Source: Trichomonas gallinae
Taxonomy: Eukaryota
Length of the DNA stretch: 20,000 nt
Direction of reading: 5' to 3'
Assembly: GCA_008369845.1 (NCBI GenBank)
Contig: MRSU01011496.1
Coordinates: 45,667 to 65,666, forward strand
Part shown: piece after piece, positions 1 to 9,965 of the stretch
Layout of the letters: every line of letters starts with the position of its first letter
Position numbering within the stretch: the stretch's first letter is position 1
Notes under the pieces: generated by a model
Told to the model about the DNA's origin: nothing
Seen by the model: the letters and a program-made list of their open reading frames with translations, nothing else
The model's database searches: none
Translations under genes and position numbers: made by a program

Positions 1-87
1 AGCAAATATGATTTTGACACAAGAAACATCAAGGGAGGAATCATCAGGGCAACTGAGCTTGCAAGATTTGTTGATTTGAATCTTTAA
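1..87 (+). CDS. 3' end of a CDS truncated by the window edge (SKYDFDTRNIKGGIIRATELARFVDLNL*), product unknown
   Basis: Frame 1 is open from base 1 to TAA at 85-87. Composition is coding-like and switches abruptly to T-rich 3'UTR-like sequence after the stop. Confidence 0.6.
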   Translation, partial: SKYDFDTRNIKGGIIRATELARFVDLNL

Positions 88-601
88 TTTCTTTTATATT
101 TGTTTGAATTTATTAAATTATATATACTAGTTCTAATACATAATTTTTTCTTCATATGAATTCTCAACAAATACTCATTATAAGTTGATTTTATCGAAAT
201 TGAGATTTTTTTGAAAGTTTTAATTTTTCGAAATTTAACCAAATTACACCTGAAATCAATGAGTTTGGAACATAGGTTGTTGAAATATAAGTTTATTTTT
301 GAAATATTGAGATGGAATTTTCAAAAATCGCAGTTGTGCATTAACACCCATATAAATCACTAGCCACACATATGTATGTTATTTCTTTTTTGTTAGAAAG
401 TGTTCTTTTCATTTACTCATTAATTAAATATAAAATATCCCAATAATCGCTTGATAGTTTGAAGCAATAATGCCTATGTTGCAAAGAAGTGATTTTAACA
501 AATGCATGATAATTTTACATGATTAACATAATATGAAGAATATACGTTAGATATATTATAAACAAAACATAGATAAAAATAATATGGTAATGTATTCATG
601 A

Positions 602-1375
602 CTATATTGAATGGAATAAAGACTGTGGGTCGTTTGAAGTTTCCATGATTAAATCTAAAAGCTTAAGAGCGTCTTTTGAATCGGGTATTTCTACATGTGT
701 AGTTGTTTGTTTCTGTTTTTTAGGTGTTTGGACTGGTTTTTGTGGTCTAGGTTTAACATCTTCTCGATATGCATCTATCATTTGATTTAGAAGCTCATTA
801 TTGAATTTTTTGGAGATTATTTGGTATCTATATCTGCATTGCACATCAGTTCTCCCCGCAATGTCATTGGATATTTTTGTCCAAGATTTATCTCCATATT
901 TATTAACGGCATTGATTAACTTTAAATCTTCATATTGATTCCATAAAGTTTTGTTAATCAATGGGTTAAGGGATCTTGCCCATCTTTGCGAGCATTGACA
1001 TCTATTTCTTCCATTACCGACAAAAGATGATATTTTTGTCCAGTCTGATGGTCCATACTTATGTACCCCAGCAATCAACCGCTGATCTTCGTACTGTGAC
1101 CACGATTTGGACTTCCTTGACATATAATTATCGTCCTCATGTTGACAAGGAATAGGATCATCGGAAACATTCATGAAAATCTTCAGCTTGTCGACAGCCT
1201 CCGAGTTCCCGCATGTTAAAATAGATTGTTGCCGTGCAAGTTCATATGAAATAACTTTTGTAATAAAGTTAAACAGGATCATCTTCATAGATTGAACATA
1301 TTCTGGCCTGATGTTGGAGAGTAACTGTTCATAAACTATTCCATATGATTCCGTACTAAAATCATTACTCGCCAT
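602..1375 (-). CDS. R2R3 Myb-like DNA-binding protein (257 aa)
   Basis: Two tandem Myb repeats with spaced aromatics: WSQYEDQRLIAGVHKYGPSDWTKISSFVGNGRNRCQCSQRW and WNQYEDLKLINAVNKYGDKSWTKISNDIAGRTDVQCRYRY. Typical of the expanded trichomonad Myb family. Confidence 0.95.
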   Translation of the reverse strand: MASNDFSTESYGIVYEQLLSNIRPEYVQSMKMILFNFITKVISYELARQQSILTCGNSEAVDKLKIFMNVSDDPIPCQHEDDNYMSRKSKSWSQYEDQRLIAGVHKYGPSDWTKISSFVGNGRNRCQCSQRWARSLNPLINKTLWNQYEDLKLINAVNKYGDKSWTKISNDIAGRTDVQCRYRYQIISKKFNNELLNQMIDAYREDVKPRPQKPVQTPKKQKQTTTHVEIPDSKDALKLLDLIMETSNDPQSLFHSI

Positions 1376-3464
1376 ATGATTAGGAATTTTAGTTTTCTAA
1401 AAAAAAATTTGAATTTTTTTAGTTTTTGGAGTAATATGGTTGTGATTATAATAATTATTTTTGAGAAGAAATTTTGTATGTGAAAACGTCCTAACACATT
1501 GAAAATAAACCTCTCGGTAATAACAAATACAACAAATTTTATTTTTCGTAAACATCGGAAAAAAATTCTCAGTTTCAAAAATTGATAAACTATAATTTTT
1601 GAATGTCAATTCAATTTTACGAATTCATAAAAATGAGTTTTTGTTTTGTATTTATAAGTATTAACATATAAAGGTTGTAAAAAATGCATTTATAGGCAAA
1701 ATGTAAATAACATGAAATTATGATTGTTTTCTTGATGTATTAGATAATTCTTTACTGATTTTTTGGTTATATTCAAAAATTGTGCGAAAAATAAAAATTG
1801 ACAGTTGATTGATTATTATTTTTATTATCTCGTAAATATTAAAGAAAAACGATATAGACCTGACAAGAAACTGTTTCTTAATGAGAGAAACGGTTTATAT
1901 CATTGTTTGTAATAAATTATCAAAATGCTCCTATAATTTCCAGTTCTAAATATAATGCATAGGAATATGTAGTAATGATCATATATGAGCTTAATTTTGA
2001 ATTATCGAATGAATTTGTGAAGATTATATTAAAAATCAATGAATTTCGGAATTTTGTATTTTGATTTGGATATATCTGATGTATAGCTGATAATTTTTGT
2101 TGTTGTGATTAGAACAAACATATATTTTCTTTTTTTGATTTTTCAAAAATCGGATTTTCATGATCAACGAAGTATATTTACGTATGATATATTATTAATA
2201 TTCAATATTCATCATTTAAAATGAATTTATATATAATAATTTCATTTTATATTTTTTTATGAATACCGAATAGAATAATAATCCGATTATCGTATATTAA
2301 TGATTAAACCATTCTCTATCTTTTCATTCAAGCGGTCCAACTAATTTCCTATAACATATATCTTGAATATTTTGCTTGATTAAGAGTAATAATATCTAAA
2401 AATATAGGAATACATACAGGGAAACTATAGATATATAGTTATATCAAAGCAAACTCTGGAAAAGATCTAAGAATACGTGGAAAAAGCAAGTTAAAGGGAC
2501 AAATCTGATTATTAAAAGCGAAAAGTGTTAATATAAAAGGGTCATAGGAGCTCGTAATTAGTTTTTTTAAAATTAAAACAGACTTTTTATTTTAATAATA
2601 TAAAAATCTAATTAATTTTGCTGAGTTGTTGATAACCTGTGTTCCAAATAGATATTCCTTTGTTCTTTAAACACTGGTATTCAATCTAGCTTAATCTATG
2701 CTTAAATAAAGCTGTTAAACATGGTTGAATGGATCAATAACCGCAATTTTTTTACAAAAACCATAAATTTGATATGTTTAATACTTGTATAATGAGCTGA
2801 TATTTGGAGTTAAAACTTTTGAGAATAGTAAAGAAATATTTGATTAATAAAACTAACATTCCCGTTTATAGTGCACGGAGTTATTTGAAAACAATAAATA
2901 CTTAAAGTGAACATTGAAATAATTCGCAAGAAATCAACAATTGTATTTAATTAATTTTATAATTCAATGTGGCTTCAAAATTGTTTTGATAACAAAATAG
3001 TTATTGTTTCAAATATGCAATATATGATGTTAAATAACATAATAATTATTGTGTAAAACTTCCATGTACTTACAATTTTCACACCAATTCAAAAAATTTG
3101 CTTTATAAAATTTCGTTATTGTCATTTTCCAACGTACTTTTGAATCATTTCTTTTATTTAGAAGCTACTCAACATTTATTTTCATGTTTTTCGATTCAAT
3201 ATACTTTCTCAAATTTCGGGTGATTTTGATTAAAATCAATTTTTCTTTCGTTATCAAAATTACTCGATTTTTTAGTATTTTAATCCAGTCATGATATTCA
3301 GCTTATCATACTGATAATTATATTTTATATAAAAAAAGTTTTATGAAAATTCAAACCATTGATTTTATACAAAATATATAATACCGTGTCATTGTTCTAT
3401 ATAATCTGTCAAAAAAACAATGACTATATAAAATAAATGTCTAAAAATTTGGTTTTTATATTGT

Positions 3465-4001
3465 CTATATCATTCTTATTCGAATGTTATTATTAAATTT
3501 TTCAAAAAGCCTTTCTTTCTGATCGTTTTTCTGCCTTATTAAATTTAATCATATTATCATACTAATAACACTGGCATGTTTCAATTTATCATCCAAACTC
3601 GTTGGTTGTTCTATCTTTTTCGAAATTTTTGTTTCCAACTCTTTTGGTTCCTTTCTCATCTTACTTTTATATGTATCGCATACCATAATATGCGATATCC
3701 ATGATATATTGGCTGTATATCCTTGTCCTTTTCATTTTTCGATCAATTTTTCGGAATTTGATAATTTTATTTCTCGCGATTTAATGCTAAGATCTTCTGC
3801 TGTTAATTTTAACCTCCGAATATCTTGATTTTTGTAGATTAACAGTAATAATCTGGCCAATAATAATCTCCGAAATATATCTTAAATTCTGCTAGTTACA
3901 TGTATGTGTATGTTGTGTGTCGCTTGAGGAGCGTTATGTTCAAGTAATATTATTTCAGATTAAGAACTAAGCATCGTTATCATGGTAGTCTCATAAATCA
4001 T
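3465..4001 (-). pseudogene. Possible decayed reading frame (gene or transposon remnant)
   Basis: Hand translation from ATG at 4001 to TAG at 3465 gives 178 codons with only 4 internal stops (e.g. DIFRRLLLARLLLLIYKNQDIRRLKLTAEDLSIKSREIKLSNSEKLIEK*KGQGYTANISWISHIMVCDTYKSKMRKEPKELETKISKKIEQP). No family recognised. Confidence 0.3.
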
Positions 4002-4559
4002 GTTTTGTTTTCTGTTATTATGGATAATCTATAACCTACGATCGATTCATCTATCTTATGGTGTCAATTAATTTTTCATGTTCTTGAATTCAATCGACAA
4101 CAGCCATAACTGAAGCGATATTATACTATATTAGGCTAAATGTAAACCTTCCCGCATTGTAGGTGTCTCTAATATTTGTCCGGTCAGAAGATATAAAAAT
4201 TTGGGTTTCTCTAATTTTAAATGATAAATATTGCTAAAGTTAGCATATTCGAGCTATGGTTTAAAAGTAAAAAAGGGTGAGTTATAAGTTATAAATTGAA
4301 TGTATCTAAAAAAGTTATAGTTGAAGCAATGGTGGGCTCGGATCAAAATTTTTATCGCTTGTAGTCACGAGTTTACCCATTGAAAGAACTAAATTTGGTC
4401 TTCCGAAACTTGATAATATTTATTTTTGGGGTAATACTATCGCAAGCAGGGGATTATTTATGGTTCATACAGACCTAAAATATAAATCATATTCTGCCTA
4501 TCATTTATTGAAACAATTTTAGAGTCATGATATGTCGAACAAAAATAAATAAAAAATAA

Positions 4560-4800
4560 TTGCCATGTAAAAAATTAACGATTCATCACGATCATTTTCA
4601 TGATTTTTGACGCATAAATTAGTAAATTTGACATATTTTGAATTATTTTTGGCAAGTAAATTATTAAAAATTTGATTAATTTTGTCTTTTTTTGACGCGT
4701 AAAATAAAAAATTGACTAATTTATACTTATTTTGACATGTAAAATACCTAAATTTGACTGCTAATTATGATCTTGACATGTAAATGATTAAAAATTTGAC
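4560..4800 (+). repeat. Degenerate ~42-bp tandem repeat (5 clear copies, 1 weak), each with two TTGAC-type motifs
   Basis: Unit starts at 4560 (weak), 4607, 4649, 4692, 4732 and 4773. Consensus is approximately TTGACRYGTAAA-N(4-7)-AAATTTGAC. Confidence 0.75.
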
Positions 4801-4940
4801 AGGCGATAGGATAAATAATCCAGTCTTTCTGTGTATTTCTGAAATTCGCTGGCAGTAGAAGCCATAATCGAACAAAACCAAAGAAATTCCGATAATTGAA
4901 ATAAAAAAAATTTCGACGGTTTTTATATTAGAGAATTTAA

Positions 4941-5564
4941 ATGGCGGAACCACCACTGCAATTCAAATTCATTGTTATCGGCTGCTCTGGTGCTGGAAAG
5001 ACATCAATTCTTAGACGTCTTGTCGAAGATAAATTCGTCAGAGGAACACAGTCAACAGTCGGTATCGAATATTTCACATGGGTAACTTCAATCGAAAATA
5101 AAATGATTAAAATGATGATTTGGGATACTGCTGGCCAGGAAAGATTTTATACAATCGCTAGAGCGTATTTCAGGAACGCATTAGGTGTTATCCTTGTTTT
5201 CGACATAACAGATAGAAAGAGCTTCGACCAGCTTCCAAGATGGCTTAGAGATGCCCGTGTTGAAGCAGATCCACACTGTTCTGTTATATTAGTCGGAAAT
5301 AAGTGCGATCTCGCTGCTTCCCGCGTTGTTTCAAGGCAGGAAGCTGAAGACTTTGCTAAATCTAACGAACTTCAATACATCGAAACTTCTGCTGCCGACG
5401 CTACCGGCATTCAAGAAACATTTATCAGAACAGGCAGAGACCTCTTGCAAAAGGTCGCTGCTGGTGAAATCTCTGGCCAAAAATCATCTGCTGATGGAGG
5501 ACATAGTGTAATTATTCCAGATCCTAAGACAAAGAATAAGAAGAAGAACAACACTTGCTGCTGA
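4941..5564 (+). CDS. Rab-family small GTPase (207 aa), divergent; subfamily not assigned
   Basis: G1 GCSGAGKTS, switch I TVGIEY, G3 WDTAGQERF, RabF-like RAYFRNALG, G4 NKCD, G5 ETSAA, polybasic tail and C-terminal CC prenylation motif. Confidence 0.96.
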   Translation: MAEPPLQFKFIVIGCSGAGKTSILRRLVEDKFVRGTQSTVGIEYFTWVTSIENKMIKMMIWDTAGQERFYTIARAYFRNALGVILVFDITDRKSFDQLPRWLRDARVEADPHCSVILVGNKCDLAASRVVSRQEAEDFAKSNELQYIETSAADATGIQETFIRTGRDLLQKVAAGEISGQKSSADGGHSVIIPDPKTKNKKKNNTCC

Positions 5565-6275
5565 AAAATGTTAAGAATAAACATTTACTTTTCGTTTTCA
5601 TGACTAAATTCGAATCTCATAAATCGAATTTTTTCTATCCTCGACTTCACTCATTATTACACTAAGGTATATTTTGGCTCGATACATATACTCAAATTAC
5701 GGAGATTTTCAAATTTTTGATATATTGTTCGAGATTGAAATAAAAATATGGCTTAATTCCTATGACCAATGTATTTATTTTGACTAGTGTAATATTATGT
5801 AATAGCCCTTATTTCGAAAAATAAAGAAATAAAAAAAATAGATAAAACAATGTATCTTTCTACCGAGATATTTGTTCAATATTGATAGCATAAAATTCTG
5901 ATACCAATATGAAATTAATACGTGAATAACTAAAGAATATATCTATAGGATCATGACTTGAAAAAATTCGATGAAATGAAAATAATAAATTTGACTATAA
6001 AAATCTACAATTTTTAACTTGAAATGCTTAAAACTCATGAAAATTCAAAAATTAGAACTAAAGAAAATCAACAAATCAACAATAAAATACGAACAAAATA
6101 CATTTATAAGCATATTGGTCAATCAAATATTGTTACCTTCATTATATTTCGTAATTTTAAAAAGTTGAGTTATCATCTTAAAGTTAAAGCTTGTTCACAT
6201 GCTAAGCTGATCTATAGTTAGTGAAATATGACATGAAAACAGGTTTTTGTATTTAACCTTATTCAAATATTTTAA

Positions 6276-6545
6276 ATGGCTACGAAATATAGTTTAGACC
6301 AGTTAATAGACAGCTACTTTCAGTCGATCAACAACAGAATGAGCAAATATTCAACAGAGAAATGCATCGAATTCGTTAAATCTCTTCGACCGAATTTTAA
6401 AGAAGACGTTTTACTAAAGAAATTAGCTATAAAACTTCTAGAGCTTGATGACATGATCCAAGATTATGACTCTACAGACCTAGAAGATGAAGAAGAAGAA
6501 CAGGAAAAAGAAAAGAAACCAAAGAAAAAGAAAAAATCCGCGTGA
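6276..6545 (+). CDS. Small hypothetical protein (89 aa) with acidic stretch and basic NLS-like tail
   Basis: ATG in AAATGG context, TCA motif about 12 nt upstream, coding-like composition against very AT-rich flanks. Ends DLEDEEEEQEKEKKPKKKKKSA. Confidence 0.7.
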   Translation: MATKYSLDQLIDSYFQSINNRMSKYSTEKCIEFVKSLRPNFKEDVLLKKLAIKLLELDDMIQDYDSTDLEDEEEEQEKEKKPKKKKKSA

Positions 6546-6806
6546 CAAGTTCAAAAACATGATAGATAACTTATGCAGCTTATTTCTTGAAAAATGCAAA
6601 GATATTTTTTTTAATCAAAATATTTTCTCGTAATCCAAGAAAATCACAGAAATATAGCCTAATATTACATAATTTTAGTCTTCTCAGATCAATTTACAAA
6701 TTTTTTTTTGTTTTATATTTTGTTTTCTTTTGTTCAAAATTGTTTTCGAAACATAAATATTATTGTAAAAATAGAGGCTTTTTCCAAAATGATCGAAACA
6801 TAATTT

Positions 6807-7910
6807 TTAATATGCCATTGGCTTGAAAGAGTTGAACTTATTCTTGTAAAAACGAAGTCCAGCCATTGAGTCATCACGACAGAGAACTCCATCAGATTCC
6901 GCATGAAGCAAATAATTTCTTGCGATTGAAAGCGGCAAACCTGTCTTCTTAGACATAAGGAGAGGTGTCGTATATTCATCTTCACTGAATTTGGAGAGAA
7001 TATCCTTAAGAACAGAAGAATAAACTTTGTCTGTAAGGATAACTACTGTAACTCCTTCAATTGTTTCAACTTTGACGCCAAACTCACGCTTTTGAAGATG
7101 TTTGATAGCATCAGCGAGATCGTTTGGAGAAACGTAATCTGTAACAAGTAATCTATTAAAAATGCAAAATGCTTCTGCGACAGAAAGAACGCCACCCTTC
7201 TTCTCAAGAACTTTCTTGATATCTGTAGCGAATCTGAGGGCGAGATTTTGAGTGAATTGACCATCGGATTTATCGATTGATGTATTTTCAACACCGAGAG
7301 CTGCATAGATTTCATCGAGATCGTTCTTTGAGTCTGAATCACCCTTAGATCTGAGTTCTTGGGCGAATGAAAGCAATTGCTGTGCGGATTCCTTAAGTGA
7401 TTGAATATCAGCCAAAGCGGAATTCAACTGAGCATTCTTTTGATTGATATCGTTTTGTTCTGACTGCTTAGCTGCAGCAATACCACGAGTATTCGAGCTG
7501 CTGCTTTTCGAAGAAATCTTTTTGATAACTTTTGTAGCTCCAGCAGCTGCGCCAGCATTTTGATACGTGGATAGTCTTGCTGATAAATCAGCCAAGTCGA
7601 ATCTGAGTGCTTGGATTGAAAATTCCTCACCGCCGACTGCCTTAAATTTCGAAAAAGCTAATGCTTGAGGATCCAATGGATGAGCGACAGTGCTGAATTG
7701 CTCAATGTTTGTCACCTTGAATTCCATCGCTATGTTATTCTGAAAAACGCTGAAAACGAGTCTTAAATTCGTCAATGTCAATACTCCGATTTCTCCGTAT
7801 TTTAATTTAGGAATAGTGAGTGAAAAGTTTGGATACTGTTTCTGAACGGTCTCCCCAACAAGCATTGGAATGCCTCGCTCGTCACAGCGAATTTGATTCC
7901 AGGCGCTCAT
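6807..7910 (-). CDS. VPS36: ESCRT-II subunit Vps36/EAP45 (GLUE/PH-like N-terminus plus EAP30-type winged helices)
   Basis: Motifs GVLTLTNLRLVF (GLUE), ALADIQSLKESAQQLL, GGVLSVAEAFCIFNR...VSPNDL, and C-terminal LCRDDSMAGLRFYKNKF, matching the LCRDDS.EGLRFY.N.F end of Vps36. No NZF zinc fingers. Confidence 0.92.
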   Translation of the reverse strand: MSAWNQIRCDERGIPMLVGETVQKQYPNFSLTIPKLKYGEIGVLTLTNLRLVFSVFQNNIAMEFKVTNIEQFSTVAHPLDPQALAFSKFKAVGGEEFSIQALRFDLADLSARLSTYQNAGAAAGATKVIKKISSKSSSSNTRGIAAAKQSEQNDINQKNAQLNSALADIQSLKESAQQLLSFAQELRSKGDSDSKNDLDEIYAALGVENTSIDKSDGQFTQNLALRFATDIKKVLEKKGGVLSVAEAFCIFNRLLVTDYVSPNDLADAIKHLQKREFGVKVETIEGVTVVILTDKVYSSVLKDILSKFSEDEYTTPLLMSKKTGLPLSIARNYLLHAESDGVLCRDDSMAGLRFYKNKFNSFKPMAY

Positions 7911-8404
7911 TTCTTGCTGTCACGTTTTCTTTCATTTTATCACCGGGGAAAATTTTTTATTGCAGATTTAGTCTTTTTAATATCCAATGAGCTTATTTTT
8001 CATCAAAAATTTATATCTTACATATGATATTTTATATTTCAAATCAAATTATTCATTTTTAACATATTTCTTGTATTAAACTATTTTCTACTCCTTAATT
8101 TGATATTGTATTTATATTCCTATGATATGAATTCGGTTGTTATATAATCAAAAATTCTATCTTCAGTTGTTGCACTTGATGCTATATGAGAAATAATATA
8201 AAATAGTAATTATATAGAGAAATTTGAATTCTTATGATATGGATTCGAATATCTTGGTATATAATTATTTTCATGAGTTATGATTATGGTTGTGTAAAAA
8301 GTGAAATAAGATGGTAATTTATTAAACAATGCGATTATAACTTAACGGTTTTATAGCATAAAAAAAAAACTCAAAATTAAAATAGCAAAAATAAATCATG
8401 TTTC

Positions 8405-9277
8405 TTACTCCTCACCTTCATCTTCTTCGCCAAAGTCTTCTTCTTCTTCCTCCTCCTCATCTTCTTCCTCATCCTCTTCCTCATCTTCTTCTTCGTCCTC
8501 CTCTTCGATTTCCTGGTGAGTAGTAGATGTTGTCTGTGCTGGAGCAGCGGATGATGACTCAAGCTCCTCTTCTTCTTCCGAAATTATAGATTCTTTGACA
8601 GTGCTCGATTTGACAGCAGAATGCTTGGATGATCTATGTGATGAAGAAGAGTGGCGTGATGGAGTTCTCGGCGGCGGTGGCGGCTGCTCGATTGGCTGAT
8701 AAACTGGAACTGGTTCTGGTTCAGGTTGTGGATTTCTTCTCTGATTCAAGAACTCCTTGAATTCACCGTAAAGTGCGTGTGTTGCCATTGGATCAAGAGG
8801 ATCTACACCAATTGCTTTAATTTCGTTAGCAGCACGACGTGAAAGCATGGCAGCTGTTTCTCTGTAAGCCTCACTTGGTGTCATTGATCCTTCAATGCGT
8901 TTCTCGCGATGATGATGGTGGTGATGATGTTTGACGTGGAATCCTCTAACATTTGGAAGTTTAGGCGGCCTGACGGCACGAAGAACTTGTAAGAATAGGT
9001 TTTTATGCTCGCTTAAGCCAAGAAGTCTACCTACTGGAACTGGTAATGATTTCTTAGGGATTGCGCCACCTGTTTCAATGCTAGAAACAAACAGTGTCAT
9101 TTCCATTCCGTGATTGTAGAGGAAATTAGCGACATGTCTGCAAGCTGCTTCGTATGCAGTTTCTTTCGGAATCTGTGGTACTGATCTCTTCCTGCGAATC
9201 ATTTCTGGTGTCTTTCTAGCAAGCTGCATCGCGATTTTTTCAAAGTATATCTGCTTAATAAGTTCTTTCTGGCTCAT
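8405..9277 (-). CDS. Hypothetical protein (290 aa): N-terminal FOP/LisH-like motif, His7, Pro/Ser-rich linker, Asp/Glu tail
   Basis: HVANFLYNHGMEMTLFVSSIE resembles the LisH-type motif of FOP/OFD1/TON1 proteins (V.EFL....L..TL.VF..E). His7 at 8909-8929. The last ~35 residues are almost all D/E. Confidence 0.8.
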   Translation of the reverse strand: MSQKELIKQIYFEKIAMQLARKTPEMIRRKRSVPQIPKETAYEAACRHVANFLYNHGMEMTLFVSSIETGGAIPKKSLPVPVGRLLGLSEHKNLFLQVLRAVRPPKLPNVRGFHVKHHHHHHHREKRIEGSMTPSEAYRETAAMLSRRAANEIKAIGVDPLDPMATHALYGEFKEFLNQRRNPQPEPEPVPVYQPIEQPPPPPRTPSRHSSSSHRSSKHSAVKSSTVKESIISEEEEELESSSAAPAQTTSTTHQEIEEEDEEEDEEEDEEEDEEEEEEEDFGEEDEGEE

Positions 9278-9460
9278 AATTTAATTTTAAAAAATGCTAA
9301 TGTTATTTCGAGCGTTTAATTGTAAACATCAGAAATATTTTCTGACACAAAAATTCGAAATATTATATATAAGCATTCTATTACATCTAATTTCAACTTT
9401 TTACGAAGATTTGATTATCTGACATTTGTCATTTTTAATTATTGCTTTAATTCTTCATTA

Positions 9461-9703
9461 TTTCCTGAGGATAACACAGAATACAAAGAGACTAATATAT
9501 TATAGACGTCAAACGTAATAATATGACTATAAACTTTGGGCATTATATCTATTAAATATGAAAATGTCAATCTTTTTGTTTTTTTCATGAGGATAACACA
9601 GATTACAAAGAGACTAATATATTATAGTTGTCAAACATAATAATATGACTATAAGCTATGCATATTACATCTATTAATGAAGAAAATATCAATATTTTTG
9701 TTT
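9461..9703 (+). repeat. Direct tandem repeat, two copies of 122 bp
   Basis: TGAGGATAACACAGAWTACAAAGAGACTAATATATTATAG at 9466 and 9588, ATATGACTATAA at 9521 and 9643. Both units end CAATMTTTTTGTTT. Confidence 0.93.
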
Positions 9704-9965
9704 AAATATGAGAGAATTAGATTTGTAATGCATGAATTTTGACATATCATATCTAAATATGACTAACTTAAATGCAAATAATATAGATAATATGTTATAA
9801 AAACAAAATTGAAAAAAATAAAGATTTTCCAATATTTTTAATTATTTTGGTCATAGCGTCATGTGTGACTTTTATATCTCGAATATTTAAATCAATCTCG
9901 ACAGCTTTGAATTAGTTAAATTTTTGACATTTTATTAAAATTTTGTCAGATATCAAAAATTTATA

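Noticed and set aside
1336..1609. 80-aa and 70-aa minus-strand ORFs upstream of Myb
   Set aside because: Non-ATG starts and F/K/I-rich translation of AT-rich promoter DNA.
5606..5631. Hairpin AAATTCGA...TCGAATTT after the Rab stop as a terminator
   Set aside because: AT-rich 8-bp stem, and intrinsic terminators do not apply to eukaryotic Pol II genes.
6024..6221. 65-aa ORF
   Set aside because: Low-complexity K/N/I translation of intergenic sequence, with no motif or coding-like composition.
6587..7630. Short ORFs at 6587, 6734, 7043 and 7424
   Set aside because: AT-rich UTR translation or alternate frames overlapping Vps36.
8017..8241. Recurring TATGATAT motif (about 8023, 8121, 8233)
   Set aside because: Irregular spacing and low information content; not distinguishable from chance by eye.
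9468..9602. GATAACACAG as a trichomonad intron branch/3' splice motif
   Set aside because: Does not match ACTAACACACAG, no matching 5' splice site or flanking exons were found, and it is part of the 122-bp repeat.
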